Shown one piece after another: positions 41,731 through 51,934 of a stretch of 64,000 nucleotides of DNA. The translations under genes were made by a program, and so were the position numbers. The notes under the pieces are model-generated. The model searched no databases, had not been told where the DNA came from, and saw only the letters and a list, made by a program, of their open reading frames with translations. Within the stretch, counting starts at the first letter, position 1, and each line of letters starts with the position of its first letter. Source of the DNA: Coriobacteriaceae bacterium (GTDB taxonomy: Bacteria > Actinomycetota > Coriobacteriia > Coriobacteriales > Coriobacteriaceae). The DNA lies in NCBI GenBank assembly GCA_025992755.1, contig DAJPGF010000001.1:442308-506307 (forward strand). Reading direction: 5' to 3'.

Positions 41731-41766
41731 GAGGCCGCTTCCTACTAGGGGAAGCGGCCTCTTTTG
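41731..41766 (+). terminator. Intrinsic terminator after the anti-sigma gene
   Basis: gaggccgcttcc tacta gggaagcggcctc, followed by tttt. Confidence 0.75.
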
Positions 41767-41904
41767 CGTTAAATGGAAACGCCGCCGATTTCCATGCGAC
41801 AGATGAGAGCAGATTACAGCTGGAGCGCGACGTTTCCCCAGATAAAACCGATCAAAATAAACCTGTCCCTTTTTGGCAGGTAACGTTGCCCCGACGAGCA
41901 CATC

Positions 41905-42043
41905 GGATTCCCGGTCCGGGCGGCCCGCTGTTTAAGTTTGTCGCGAGTTCCGCACGCAAAGGAAAGCACTTAATGTGCTTTCCGTCTTGCGCAGGACTGT
42001 AGAGCAGCAAACTTAAACAGCGGGCCGCCCGGACCGGGAATCC
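41905..42043. repeat. 139-bp palindromic element with the same gcacttaatgtgctttcc core as 28935-29122
   Basis: Perfect 36-bp arms ggattcccggtccgggcggcccgctgtttaagtttg (41905-41940) / caaacttaaacagcgggccgcccggaccgggaatcc (42008-42043). The central hairpin is gaaagcac-ttaat-gtgctttc. Confidence 0.8.
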
Positions 42044-42100
42044 GCCCCCGCGCACAGAAGGGGATTCCTTTTGTGTAGGCTTTGCGGAAATATGCTCATT

Positions 42101-42125
42101 TTGGGATACGCCCGGCGGCGTGGTC
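42101..42125 (+). promoter_or_regulatory. Copy of the recurrent GGATAYNCCCG...TG motif, directly upstream of the rpsL promoter
   Basis: ttgggatacgcccggcggcgtggtc. It ends 2 nt before the -35 hexamer. Confidence 0.3.
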
Positions 42126-42127
42126 TG

Positions 42128-42156
42128 TTGACGGCACAGCTAACGCCACGTATCCT
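42128..42156 (+). promoter_or_regulatory. Candidate sigma-70-type promoter of the rpsL-rpsG-fusA operon
   Basis: TTGACG (42128-42133), a 17-nt spacer, then TATCCT (42151-42156), about 95 nt upstream of the rpsL start. Confidence 0.4.
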
Positions 42157-42249
42157 ATCGAACTGCGTGTTTCGTAGGGGGATGCTGACCCCTCGATTCA
42201 AGCCGTTGCACTTTACAGAAAGCTGGAATCATTCGAGAAGGAGTACGCT

Positions 42250-42627
42250 TTGCCTACTATTAACCAGCTGGTTCGCCAGGGCCGTCGTTCCGTGCCCAAG
42301 AAGTCCAAGAACGCTGCTCTGCAGCACAACTCCCAGAAGCGCGGCGTGTGCACCCGTGTCTTCACCACGAGCCCCAAGAAGCCGAACTCGGCCCTTCGTA
42401 AGGTTGCCCGTGTTCGCCTCGTCAACGGCATCGAAGTTACTGCTTACATCCCGGGTGAGGGCCACAACCTGCAGGAGCACTCCATCGTGCTCGTCCGCGG
42501 CGGTCGTGTCCGTGACCTCCCTGGTGTCCGTTATCACGTCATCCGTGGCGCCTACGACGCTGCTCCGGTCCAGAACCGTATGCAGGCCCGTTCCAAGTAC
42601 GGTGCTAAGCGCCCCAAGGCTAAATAA
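42250..42627 (+). CDS. rpsL: 30S ribosomal protein S12
   Basis: (M)[24 protein letters not shown]...[18 protein letters not shown] start after GAAGGAG. Confidence 0.96.
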   Translation: MPTINQLVRQGRRSVPKKSKNAALQHNSQKRGVCTRVFTTSPKKPNSALRKVARVRLVNGIEVTAYIPGEGHNLQEHSIVLVRGGRVRDLPGVRYHVIRGAYDAAPVQNRMQARSKYGAKRPKAK

Positions 42628-42700
42628 GCCAGATAACGTTTTGATACTTTCGCCGTGTGCCGCCTAAGCGCCGCACGGTAGACACTTAAGGAGATTTCAC

Positions 42701-43174
42701 ATGCCGCGTCGTGCAGCAGCTAATCGTCGTGAGGTTCAGCCTGACGCCGTTTACAACAACCGCCTGGTGACTCAGCTCATCAACAAGGTCCTTCTTGACG
42801 GCAAGAAGGCCACCGCTGAGCGCATCGTTTACACCGCTTTCGAGATCGTTGCCGAGAAGTCCGAGGGTGGCGACGCTCTCGCTACCTTCAAGAAGGCTAT
42901 GGACAACGTCAAGCCCACGCTCGAGGTTAAGCCCAAGCGTGTCGGTGGCGCTACCTATCAGGTCCCGATGGAGGTCAACTCCCGTCGTTCCACCGCTCTG
43001 GGTATCCGCTGGATCGTCAACTTCTCCCGCGCTCGCAAGGAGAAGACCATGGCCGAGCGTCTCGCCAACGAGATCCTCGACGCCTCCAACGGCCTGGGCG
43101 CTTCCGTCAAGAAGCGTGAGGACGTCTTCAAGATGGCCGAGGCCAACCGCGCGTTCTCTCACTATCGTTGGTAA
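42701..43174 (+). CDS. rpsG: 30S ribosomal protein S7
   Basis: [44 protein letters not shown]...[11 protein letters not shown]. Confidence 0.96.
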   Translation: MPRRAAANRREVQPDAVYNNRLVTQLINKVLLDGKKATAERIVYTAFEIVAEKSEGGDALATFKKAMDNVKPTLEVKPKRVGGATYQVPMEVNSRRSTALGIRWIVNFSRARKEKTMAERLANEILDASNGLGASVKKREDVFKMAEANRAFSHYRW

Positions 43175-43193
43175 GTTAAGGTAAGGAACTAAC

Positions 43194-45293
43194 ATGGCTA
43201 AGCCTAAGTACAAGCTTTCCGATACCCGTAACATCGGCATCATGGCCCACATCGATGCTGGTAAGACCACCACGACCGAGCGTATTCTTTACTACACCGG
43301 TAAGACCCACAAGATCGGTGAGGTCCATGAGGGCGCTGCCACCATGGACTGGATGGTTCAGGAGCAGGAGCGCGGCGTAACCATTACCTCCGCTGCTACC
43401 ACGTGCTTCTGGAAGAAGGACGGTACCGACTACCGCATCCAGATCATCGACACCCCGGGCCACGTTGACTTCACCGCCGAGGTCGAGCGCTGCCTGCGCG
43501 TCCTCGATGGCGCTGTCGCCGTCTTCGACGCCGTTGCCGGCGTTCAGCCCCAGTCTGAGACCGTTTGGCGTCAGGCTTCTACCTTCAACGTCCCCCGCAT
43601 CGCCTTCATCAACAAGTATGACCGCGTGGGCGCTGACTTCTTCAACGCTATCGAGACCATGAAGGATCGTCTCGACGCCAACGCCGTGGCCGCTCAGGTC
43701 CCGATGGGCGCCGAGGACAACTTCTGGGGCGTTATCGACCTGGTCACCATGACCGCATGGGACTTCAAGGCCGACGACAAGGGCATGACCTACCCCGAGC
43801 CGATGGACGAGATCCCGGCTGAGTTTGCTGACATCGCTGCCACCAAGCGCGAGGAGCTCCTCGACGCTGCTGCCAGTTTTGACGACGAGCTCATGGAGAA
43901 GATCCTCATGGAGGAGGACTTCACCGTCGAGGAGCTCAAGGCTGCTCTGCGCAAGGGCGTTCTGGCCAACGAGCTCAACCTCGTCTTCGTGGGCTCCGCC
44001 TACAAGAACAAGGGCGTTCAGGAACTGCTCGACGCTGTTGTCGACTACCTGCCCAGCCCGCTCGACGTCGAGGCCGTCACCGGTACCGATCCGGACACCG
44101 GCGAGGAGATCCAGCGTCATCCTTCCTTCGACGAGCCCTTCTCCGGCCTGGTCTTCAAGATCATGACCGACCCGTTCGTCGGTAAGCTCACCTATGTCCG
44201 CGTTTACTCCGGCCGCGCCGAGTCCGGCTCCTACGTGGTCAACGCTTCCAACGGTCAGCGCGAGCGCCTCGGCCGCATCCTCGAGATGAACGCCGCAGAG
44301 CGTATCGACCGTGACGACGCTGCCGCCGGCGACATCGTCGCTTGCGTCGGCTTCAAGAACTCCACCACCGGTGACACCCTGTGCGCCGAGGGCAAGGAGA
44401 TCGTCCTCGAGAAGATCGAGTTCGCTAAGCCCGTTATCGACGTTGCCATCGAGCCCAAGACCAAGGCCGAGCAGGACAAGATGTCCCTTGCTCTGACCAA
44501 GCTCGCCGAGGAGGACCCGACCTTCCAGGTGTCCACCAACCACGAGACCGGTCAGACCATCATCGCCGGCATGGGCGAGCTGCACCTCGAGATCATCGTC
44601 GACCGCCTGCTCCGCGAGTTCAAGGTTGACGCTAACGTCGGTAAGCCCCAGGTTGCCTACCGCGAGACCGCTGGTCACGACGTCGAGAAGGCTGAGGGCA
44701 AGTTCGTCCGTCAGTCCGGCGGTCGCGGTCAGTACGGCCACGCCGTCATCAAGCTCGAGAAGATGGAGGAGGGCTTTGGCTACGAGTTCGTCAACGCTAT
44801 CGTCGGCGGCGTCGTGCCCAAGGAGTACATCCCGTCCATCGACAAGGGCATCCAGGAGGCCCTGAACACCGGTGTTATCGCCGGCTTCCCGGTCCTCGAC
44901 GTTAAGGTCACCCTGTTCGACGGTTCTTACCACGAGGTCGACTCCTCCGAGGCCGCCTTCAAGATCGCCGGTTCCATGGCTATCAAGGACGCCCTCAAGA
45001 AGTCCGATCCGCAGCTGCTCGAGCCGATCATGGCTGTCGAGGTCGAGACCCCCGAGCAGTACATGGGCGACGTTATGGGCAACCTCTCCGGTCGCCGCGG
45101 CAAGATCGAGGGCATGGAGGATCGCAAGAACAGCAAGCTCATCCGTGCCAAGGTGCCGCTGGGCGAGATGTTCGGTTACGCTACCGACCTTCGCTCCCAG
45201 ACCCAGGGCCGTGCATCCTACACGATGCAGTTCGACTCTTATGAGCCTGCGCCCAAGTCCATCGTGGACGAGGTCATGAGCAAGAACGCCTAA
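43194..45293 (+). CDS. fusA: Elongation factor G
   Basis: [39 protein letters not shown], and 699 aa total. It is followed by rpsJ, not tuf. Confidence 0.97.
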   Translation: MAKPKYKLSDTRNIGIMAHIDAGKTTTTERILYYTGKTHKIGEVHEGAATMDWMVQEQERGVTITSAATTCFWKKDGTDYRIQIIDTPGHVDFTAEVERCLRVLDGAVAVFDAVAGVQPQSETVWRQASTFNVPRIAFINKYDRVGADFFNAIETMKDRLDANAVAAQVPMGAEDNFWGVIDLVTMTAWDFKADDKGMTYPEPMDEIPAEFADIAATKREELLDAAASFDDELMEKILMEEDFTVEELKAALRKGVLANELNLVFVGSAYKNKGVQELLDAVVDYLPSPLDVEAVTGTDPDTGEEIQRHPSFDEPFSGLVFKIMTDPFVGKLTYVRVYSGRAESGSYVVNASNGQRERLGRILEMNAAERIDRDDAAAGDIVACVGFKNSTTGDTLCAEGKEIVLEKIEFAKPVIDVAIEPKTKAEQDKMSLALTKLAEEDPTFQVSTNHETGQTIIAGMGELHLEIIVDRLLREFKVDANVGKPQVAYRETAGHDVEKAEGKFVRQSGGRGQYGHAVIKLEKMEEGFGYEFVNAIVGGVVPKEYIPSIDKGIQEALNTGVIAGFPVLDVKVTLFDGSYHEVDSSEAAFKIAGSMAIKDALKKSDPQLLEPIMAVEVETPEQYMGDVMGNLSGRRGKIEGMEDRKNSKLIRAKVPLGEMFGYATDLRSQTQGRASYTMQFDSYEPAPKSIVDEVMSKNA

Positions 45294-45354
45294 GTTCGAG
45301 CTCTCTGTTACGTAATCCTGCGAGAACATCTCTCGCACTCTTTGGAGGTTTAAG

Positions 45355-45663
45355 TTGGCTACCCAGAAGATCCGCATTCGCCTCAAGGGCTATGATCACG
45401 AGGTCGTCGATCAGTCCGCGAAGCTCATCGTCGAGACCGCTCAGAAGACCGGCGCTCGCGTTTCCGGTCCTGTCCCCCTGCCCACCGAGCGCAACCTGTA
45501 CACGGTTATCCGCTCGCCGCACGTGAACAAGGACTCCCGTGAGCAGTTTGAGATGCGCACCCACAAGCGCCTCATCGACATCCTCGACCCCACCTCGGGC
45601 ACCGTTGATTCGCTCATGCGTCTCGACCTCCCCGCTGGCGTCGACATCGACATCAAGCTCTAA
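45355..45663 (+). CDS. rpsJ: 30S ribosomal protein S10
   Basis: (M)[44 protein letters not shown]... TTG start after GGAGGTTTAAG. Confidence 0.96.
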   Translation: MATQKIRIRLKGYDHEVVDQSAKLIVETAQKTGARVSGPVPLPTERNLYTVIRSPHVNKDSREQFEMRTHKRLIDILDPTSGTVDSLMRLDLPAGVDIDIKL

Positions 45664-45685
45664 GCGATATCGCTCATAGCTTAAA

Positions 45686-45725
45686 GGGCCTCGCTGCCGT
45701 AACGGCAGCGGGGCCCTTTTGTTTT
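45686..45725 (+). terminator. Intrinsic terminator immediately after rpsJ
   Basis: gggcctcgctgccg taa cggcagcggggccc, followed by ttttgtttt. Confidence 0.8.
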
Positions 45726-45778
45726 GAATGATGGTTTGGACTGCGGGGTAATGCTGCCGAGTAGGTGGTTGCGGCGCC

Positions 45779-46555
45779 CTATTCGCTCAAGGGGCGCAGC
45801 GATGCCTCCTCAAAATGGAAGGATCGAAAGCCGTCTTCCGTTTCGATGCACGCGCGGCCGCAATCGTCGACCGTTCTAAATATGCCACGCGCCAGCTCGT
45901 CCTCAGCGGGGGAGCGGGCGATAACGTGCTCCCCGATCCAATTGAGGTGAGCGATATATTCGTCGTGGACGGGCGCGAGCGGACCGGCGTCTTCTTCCTT
46001 GGCGTTGAGGCGCTCTGCCCAGGCATCTACAGCGTCTATAACTGCGTGATAGACCTCATCGAGGAGCATGTCGACGGCGGGAACGTTCTTGTTGAGGTCT
46101 GACAGGCCGATTGCTGGCAGGCCGCCATCGGGAACCTCCGCGGGCACATAGTTCACGTTAACGCCGATGCCACAGACCGCAAAGGGGTTGCCTTCGTTAT
46201 CGCGTTCGGCCTCGACCAGAATGCCGCCGAGTTTGCGTCCACGCGCGACCAGGTCGTTGGGCCATTTGAGGCCAATCTCGTTTGCAAGACCCTGTTTTTC
46301 GAGTGCCTCGAGCACCGCTAGGCCGCTGACGGCGGCAAGACCAGAGTACTTCGCAGGATTAACGCATGGGCGCAGGACAATCGAAAGCAATAAGTTGCCG
46401 ACGGTTGAGTCCCACTTGTGCCCGCGCCGGCCGCGTCCTGCTGTTTGAGCCCGGGCGGCAAGTCCTGTGCCGTGCGGCGCTCCCTGTTTTCCTGCTTCGA
46501 GCAGGTCATCGTTGGTCGATCCGGTTACGTCGACTATCGTTAATTTGGCATCCAA
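45779..46555 (-). CDS. birA: Biotin--[acetyl-CoA-carboxylase] ligase (group I, no N-terminal HTH)
   Basis: AQTAGRGRRGHKWDS (the GRGRxGRxW motif) and KWPNDL. 258 aa. RBS GGAGG. Divergent from fabH. Confidence 0.88.
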   Translation of the reverse strand: MDAKLTIVDVTGSTNDDLLEAGKQGAPHGTGLAARAQTAGRGRRGHKWDSTVGNLLLSIVLRPCVNPAKYSGLAAVSGLAVLEALEKQGLANEIGLKWPNDLVARGRKLGGILVEAERDNEGNPFAVCGIGVNVNYVPAEVPDGGLPAIGLSDLNKNVPAVDMLLDEVYHAVIDAVDAWAERLNAKEEDAGPLAPVHDEYIAHLNWIGEHVIARSPAEDELARGIFRTVDDCGRACIETEDGFRSFHFEEASLRPLSE

Positions 46556-46648
46556 AACGGCAGCTACCTCCTAAGTTAATAAGGCAATCGCGCAATGGTG
46601 TCGAGAGATAGACACAATGTGAAGCCTTTGTCGCATTTGGACAATTTA

Positions 46649-46715
46649 ATGTTAACACATCAACAACGACAAAAATGCGTTATCCTCTCTTGGTCGATGT
46701 AAACACGTCAACAAC
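46649..46715 (+). promoter_or_regulatory. Pair of 19-nt direct repeats in the birA-fabH intergenic region (candidate regulator sites)
   Basis: atgttaacacatcaacaac (46649-46667) and atgtaaacacgtcaacaac (46697-46715) match at 17/19 positions. They flank a TATCCT -10-like hexamer at 46681-46686, and the second copy abuts the fabH RBS. Confidence 0.35.
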
Positions 46716-46731
46716 TCAAAGGAGGTTAGTG

Positions 46732-47691
46732 ATGGGTTTCACGATTCTTGGAACAGGCTCGGCGCTTCCTGAACGCAGTGTTTCCAATGACGAGCTGTCT
46801 GAGTTCCTCGATACCTCGGATGAGTGGATTTTTACCCGCACAGGTATCAAGAGCCGCCACGTCTGCACCACCGAGTCACTTGACGACCTTGCCGTAGCAG
46901 CGAGCGAGCGGGCACTCCAGGTGTCCGGAATCGACGCGAGCCAGCTGGATCTGATCGTCTGCTCGACGACGACGGGTGACCACCTTGTTCCCGCTGAGGC
47001 GTGTGCCGTTGCTGAGCGACTAGGCGCGACGTGCCCTGCCTTCGATGTCTCGGCGGCTTGTGCCGGCTTCGTATTTGCGCTCGATGTCGCCGAGGGCTAT
47101 ATCGCCCGCAGCCGTGCCGAGCGCGTGCTTGTTGTTGCTGCCGAGCAGATGACGCGCGCGCTCGACTGGACCGACCGTGCCACCTGCGTGCTTTTTGGCG
47201 ATGGGGCAGGCGCCGCAGTGATTGAAGCTGGGGGAGACAACCCCCTTGCCGTTGAGCTTTCGACGGCGCCCGACGTCGAGACGTTGCGCGTTCCCGGTCT
47301 GGTCGGTACCTCGCCGTTTAAGGCTTCCGCAGATAGCGCGAGCGTGCTGTCCATGAATGGCCGCCGCGTGTTCAAGTTCGGCGTCAACGCCATCTGCGAC
47401 ACGGTCAACAAGCTCGCCTGCGACGCGAGTATCGCGGTCGAGGACATCGATCATTTTGTATTCCATCAGGCTAACGAACGAATCCTGAGTCAGGCGGTCA
47501 AGCGTCTGGGCGTGCCAGACGAGCGCGTGGTTCGAACGCTGCGCGAGACCGGCAACATTTCGAGCGCATGCATTCCGCTTGCCCTCGACCGGCTGGCAAA
47601 CGCCGGTGCACTTCACACGGGCGACACCATCGCCTTGGTTGGATTTGGCGCCGGTCTGGATATAGGTGGCTATCTGCTTCGTTGGAAGTAG
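46732..47691 (+). CDS. fabH: Beta-ketoacyl-ACP synthase III
   Basis: MGFTILGTGSALPERSVSNDEL..., active-site context AFDVSAACAGFVFAL, then HQANERI and GFGAGL. ATG 46732 follows GGAGG. Confidence 0.93.
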   Translation: MGFTILGTGSALPERSVSNDELSEFLDTSDEWIFTRTGIKSRHVCTTESLDDLAVAASERALQVSGIDASQLDLIVCSTTTGDHLVPAEACAVAERLGATCPAFDVSAACAGFVFALDVAEGYIARSRAERVLVVAAEQMTRALDWTDRATCVLFGDGAGAAVIEAGGDNPLAVELSTAPDVETLRVPGLVGTSPFKASADSASVLSMNGRRVFKFGVNAICDTVNKLACDASIAVEDIDHFVFHQANERILSQAVKRLGVPDERVVRTLRETGNISSACIPLALDRLANAGALHTGDTIALVGFGAGLDIGGYLLRWK

Positions 47692-47742
47692 TCGCACATA
47701 GGAAATAAAAACGCCCTAGGGCACAACCAAAGGAGAACTACC

Positions 47743-47979
47743 ATGGCAGATCAGAAGACCTTCGAGCGCGTTTGCGACGTTATCCGCGAGACCGCCGGTC
47801 TTGACGATGTCGAGATGAAGCCCGAGTCCACGCTCGAGGAGATTGGTCTCGACAGTCTGGGTACCGTCGAGATCCTCGTCGCCGTCGAGGACGAGTTTGG
47901 CATTCAGCTCGATACCGAGGAGAACCCCAAGACGGTCGGCGAGTTCGCCGATACGGTCGAGGCGGCATTGGAGAAGTAG
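47743..47979 (+). CDS. acpP: Acyl carrier protein
   Basis: 78 aa with the phosphopantetheine site LEEIGLDSLGTVE. Confidence 0.93.
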   Translation: MADQKTFERVCDVIRETAGLDDVEMKPESTLEEIGLDSLGTVEILVAVEDEFGIQLDTEENPKTVGEFADTVEAALEK

Positions 47980-47981
47980 AG

Positions 47982-48926
47982 ATGCTCAAGACTCCTCTCT
48001 GCGATCTGCTCGGCATCGAAAAGCCCGTGTTCCAGGGCGGTATGGCCTGGATTGCCGATGCTTCGCTGGCGTCCGCAGTGTCCGAGGCGGGTGGCTTAGG
48101 CATCATCGCGGCCATGAACGCCGACGCCAACTGGCTTCGCGACCAGATTCATAAGCTGCGCGCCAGGACGGATAAGCCCTTTGGCGTCAACGTCATGCTC
48201 ATGAGCCCGTTTGCCGACGAGGTCGCGCAGGTCGTGATTGACGAGCGAGTGCCGGTCGTCGTGACGGGCGCCGGCAATCCCGCCAAGTACATGAAGGCGT
48301 GGAACGAGGCGGGCATCAAGGTCATCCCGGTCGTTGCCTCGGTGGCGCTGGCGCGCCTCGTGGCACGTCGTGGAGCCACGGCGGTTGTTGCCGAGGGTAC
48401 CGAATCGGGCGGCCATATTGGCGAGACCTCGACGATGGCACTGGTGCCGCAGGTCGTCGATGCGGTCGACATTCCCGTCGTGGCCGCCGGCGGTATTGCC
48501 GACGGCCGCGGCGTGGCGGCCGCCTTTATGCTGGGCGCCGAAGGCGTGCAAGTGGGTACGCGCTTTCTGGTCGCAGACGAGTGCACCGTCTCGGAGCAGT
48601 ACAAAGAGATGGTCCTGAAGGCCAACGACACTTCGACGCGTGCGACCGGTCGCTCGACGGGACATCCAGTGCGCGCCCTCAAGAGCCCCTTCACCAACGC
48701 CTATGCCAAGAGCGAGGGTTCCGGCGCGAGTGCCGAGGAGCTCGGTGCTATGGGAACCGGTGCGCTGCGTAAGGCCGCCAAGGACGGCAACTACGAAGAG
48801 GGTTCGTTTTTGTGTGGACAGATTGCCGGCATGGTCAACGAGCGCCAGAGCGCACGCGAAATCGTTGACGACCTGGTCGAGGGCGCCGAGCACGTCCTGA
48901 AGGGTGCGTGCACATGGGTGGCGTAG
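47982..48926 (+). CDS. fabK: Enoyl-ACP reductase II (FMN-dependent, FabK type)
   Basis: LGIEKPVFQGGMAWIADASLASAVSEAGGLGIIA and EGTESGGHIG (NPD-like TIM barrel), in a fab-cluster context. Confidence 0.88.
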   Translation: MLKTPLCDLLGIEKPVFQGGMAWIADASLASAVSEAGGLGIIAAMNADANWLRDQIHKLRARTDKPFGVNVMLMSPFADEVAQVVIDERVPVVVTGAGNPAKYMKAWNEAGIKVIPVVASVALARLVARRGATAVVAEGTESGGHIGETSTMALVPQVVDAVDIPVVAAGGIADGRGVAAAFMLGAEGVQVGTRFLVADECTVSEQYKEMVLKANDTSTRATGRSTGHPVRALKSPFTNAYAKSEGSGASAEELGAMGTGALRKAAKDGNYEEGSFLCGQIAGMVNERQSAREIVDDLVEGAEHVLKGACTWVA

Positions 48927-49840
48927 CGTTTTTGTTTGCCGGCCAGGGTGCCCAGCACCCCGCGATGGGCGTCGACTTGATCGAGACATCGCCGGCGGCC
49001 GCCGAGGTGTTCGCCATTGCCGATGAGGTGCGCCCGGGGACGAGCGAGCAGTGCCGGAGCGCCTCCAAGGAGGAGCTCTCGCAGACCGAGAACACGCAGC
49101 CTTGCGTGTTCGTTCATGACCTGGCAGCGGCTGCCGCACTGCGCGAGCGCGGCGTGGCGCCTGCCGCCTGTGCGGGATTCTCGCTGGGCGAGGTCGCCGC
49201 GCTCACCTTTGCAGGAGCGTTCGATACGCGAGCGGGCTTTGAGCTCGTGTGCGAGCGCGCGGCGCTGATGGCCGCGGCTGCCGAGCGTCACCCCGGCGGT
49301 ATGCGCGCCGTCATCAAGCTTGATGCGGCGCAAGTCGAGAACCTGGCTGCGCAGGCCGGCGAGGATTGCTGGCCGGTCAACTACAACAGCCCGCAGCAGA
49401 CGGTTGTTGCCGGAGCGCCCGAGGCGCTGCAGGAGCTCGACGCCTTGGTAAAAGAGGCTGGTGGCCGGGCCATGAAGGTCGCGGTGTCGGGTGCATTCCA
49501 TAGCCCCTATATGGCCGAGGCGACTGAGGGACTGGCGACGTATATCCAAGCCGGCCACGCGCCGTCTCCGCTGCTAATTCCGGTCATGGCAAATATGACG
49601 GCGGCGCCCTATCCGGCGGACCCGCGAGCAGCATCGGATGTCTTGGCCAACCAGGTGAGCCATCCCGTGCGCTGGGTCGACACGCTGCATACTCTGCAGG
49701 ATCAGGGCATCGACACGTTTATTGAGGTCGGCCCTGGCAAAACACTGTCGGGCCTGGTCAAGCGTACGCTGAGCGACGTTCGCGTGTATTCGTGCGAAAC
49801 GGCCGAGCAGGTCGCAGCTATTGCCGACGAGCTCGCATAG
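48908..49840 (+). CDS. fabD: Malonyl-CoA:ACP transacylase
   Basis: FLFAGQGAQHPAMG, the active site GFSLGE, and VSGAFHSPYM. Confidence 0.92.
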   Translation: MHMGGVAFLFAGQGAQHPAMGVDLIETSPAAAEVFAIADEVRPGTSEQCRSASKEELSQTENTQPCVFVHDLAAAAALRERGVAPAACAGFSLGEVAALTFAGAFDTRAGFELVCERAALMAAAAERHPGGMRAVIKLDAAQVENLAAQAGEDCWPVNYNSPQQTVVAGAPEALQELDALVKEAGGRAMKVAVSGAFHSPYMAEATEGLATYIQAGHAPSPLLIPVMANMTAAPYPADPRAASDVLANQVSHPVRWVDTLHTLQDQGIDTFIEVGPGKTLSGLVKRTLSDVRVYSCETAEQVAAIADELA

Positions 49841-49870
49841 TCCACAGGGCTGTAACCCGAAAGGAATGAC

Positions 49871-50644
49871 ATGGGCAACTTGAACAACGGCGCGCTCGAG
49901 CGCAACGACTCACGTCGCGTGGCACTGGTCACGGGCGGCTCGCGGGGTATCGGCCGCGCCTGCGCTGTCGGTCTGGCGGAGGACGGCTTTGATATTGCCG
50001 TCGTCTATGCCGGCAGCGTCGATGCGGCGTGCGAGACGTGCGAAGCCTGCGAGGCGGCTGGCGCCGCGGCACGCGCATATCAATGCGACGTGGCCGACCC
50101 CGTTACCGTCAACGCGTGCGTGGAAGCGGTCCTCAACGACTTTGGCCCCATTTGGGCGCTCGTCAACAACGCTGGCATCACCCGCGATGGCCTGCTCATG
50201 CGCATGGGCGATGACGCCTTCGATCGCGTGCTCGATGTCAATCTTAAAGGAACGTTTAACACGACGCGCGCACTCACCAAGACCTTTATGCGCCAGCGCG
50301 GCGGTTGCGTCGTCAACATGAGCTCGGTTGTGGGCCTGATGGGCAATGCCGGGCAGGCCAACTACGCTGCCTCCAAGGCGGGCGTGATCGGCCTGACCAA
50401 GGCGGTGGCGCGCGAGCTTGCGCCCCGCGGCGTACGAGTGAACGCGGTCGCACCCGGGTTTGTCGAGACCGATATGACGGCAAAGCTCTCGGAGAAGGTT
50501 CGTGCGGCGTGCGAGGAGCAGATTCCCCTGAGGCGCATGGCGCGCCCCGAGGAAGTGGCCGGCGTGGTGCGCTTTTTGGCGAGTGATGCGGCTGCCTACA
50601 TTACGGGCGAGGTCGTGCGCGTCGACGGCGGAATGGCGATGTAG
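49871..50644 (+). CDS. fabG: 3-oxoacyl-ACP reductase
   Basis: SDR motifs VTGGSRGIGRA, NNAG and YAASKAG, with fab-cluster synteny. Confidence 0.92.
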   Translation: MGNLNNGALERNDSRRVALVTGGSRGIGRACAVGLAEDGFDIAVVYAGSVDAACETCEACEAAGAAARAYQCDVADPVTVNACVEAVLNDFGPIWALVNNAGITRDGLLMRMGDDAFDRVLDVNLKGTFNTTRALTKTFMRQRGGCVVNMSSVVGLMGNAGQANYAASKAGVIGLTKAVARELAPRGVRVNAVAPGFVETDMTAKLSEKVRAACEEQIPLRRMARPEEVAGVVRFLASDAAAYITGEVVRVDGGMAM

Positions 50645-50680
50645 AAACCAGGGCCGAACAACGGCTTGAATGAGGAGACC

Positions 50681-51931
50681 ATGATGGAACAGAGAGTTGC
50701 AATCACCGGCATCGGTGCCGTGTCGCCGCTCGGCAACACCGCGCTTGCCACCTGGGCGGCCATGTGCGCCGGCACGTGCGGCATCGGCCCGATCACGCAC
50801 TTCGATACCGATGCGTTTGCCGTCAAGGTGGCAGCCGAGGTCAAGGGCTTTGACGGCAACGAGTACTTTGGCAAGCGTGACGCCAAGCATCTCGACCCCT
50901 GCGTTCAGTTTGCGATGGCGGCTTCGGACGAAGCCATGCACGATGCGGGCTTTGATGTCGAAGGCGCCATCGATCGCGAGCGCCTGGGCGTCTACGTGGG
51001 CTCGGGCGTGGGCGGCATGACGACGCTCGTCGACAACGTCCATACGATTGCCGAACGTGGGCCCCGCCGCGCATCGCCCTATATGATCGCGATGATGATC
51101 CCCAACATGGCATCGGGCAATATCGCAATCCGCCACAAGGCAAAGGGCCCGACCCTGCCCGTGGTGACCGCGTGCGCAACCTCGGCCCATGCGGTGGGCG
51201 AGGCGTTCCGCGCCATCAAGCACGGCTATGCCGACGCGATCCTCGCCGGCGGCGCCGAGGCCGCAATTATCCCCGATGCCGTTGCGGGCTTTACGTCCTG
51301 CCGCGCATTGACCACCAACCCCGATCCCGCGACGGCCTGCCGTCCGTTCGATGCAGACCGCGACGGCTTTGTGATGGGCGAGGGCGCCTGCGTGCTCGTG
51401 CTCGAGAGCATGGAACATGCGCAGGCGCGCGGTGCGCACATTTATGCCGAGGTCGTGGGCTACGGCAACACCGATGATGCCTATCACATCACGAGCCCCG
51501 ATCCCGAGGCTGCCGGCATTGCCCGCGCGATATCGCTGGCGGTTGCCGAGGGTGACGTCAAGCCTTCCGAGGGTCTCTACATCAATGCCCACGGCACCTC
51601 GACCAAGCTCAACGATTCGTCCGAGACGGCGGGCATCAAGCGAGCGCTCGGCGAGGACGCGGCGCGCGCCGCGCACGTCTCGTCGACCAAGTCGATGACC
51701 GGCCACATGATCGGTGCCACGGGTGCCATCGAGGTCATGGCCTGTGCCATGGCGCTCGAGCAGGGCGTGGTGCCTCCGACCATTAACTACCACACGCCCG
51801 ATCCCGCCTGCGATCTTGACTACACGCCCAATCGCGCGGTTCGCGCCGACCTTACCTGGGCGCTTTCGACCAACCTAGGCTTTGGCGGGCACAACGCCGC
51901 CATCGCGCTGCGTAGATATACGAGGAGCTAG
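50681..51931 (+). CDS. fabF: Beta-ketoacyl-ACP synthase II
   Basis: [15 protein letters not shown], the active-site Cys context [12 protein letters not shown], then NAHGTST and GFGGHNA. Start ATG 50681/50684 follows GAGGAG (the track gives TTG 50666). Confidence 0.92.
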   Translation: MMEQRVAITGIGAVSPLGNTALATWAAMCAGTCGIGPITHFDTDAFAVKVAAEVKGFDGNEYFGKRDAKHLDPCVQFAMAASDEAMHDAGFDVEGAIDRERLGVYVGSGVGGMTTLVDNVHTIAERGPRRASPYMIAMMIPNMASGNIAIRHKAKGPTLPVVTACATSAHAVGEAFRAIKHGYADAILAGGAEAAIIPDAVAGFTSCRALTTNPDPATACRPFDADRDGFVMGEGACVLVLESMEHAQARGAHIYAEVVGYGNTDDAYHITSPDPEAAGIARAISLAVAEGDVKPSEGLYINAHGTSTKLNDSSETAGIKRALGEDAARAAHVSSTKSMTGHMIGATGAIEVMACAMALEQGVVPPTINYHTPDPACDLDYTPNRAVRADLTWALSTNLGFGGHNAAIALRRYTRS

Positions 51932-51934
51932 AGC

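Noticed and set aside
43176-45386. 736-aa minus-strand ORF
   Set aside because: Antisense to fusA (EF-G), whose identity is certain. No motifs are present.
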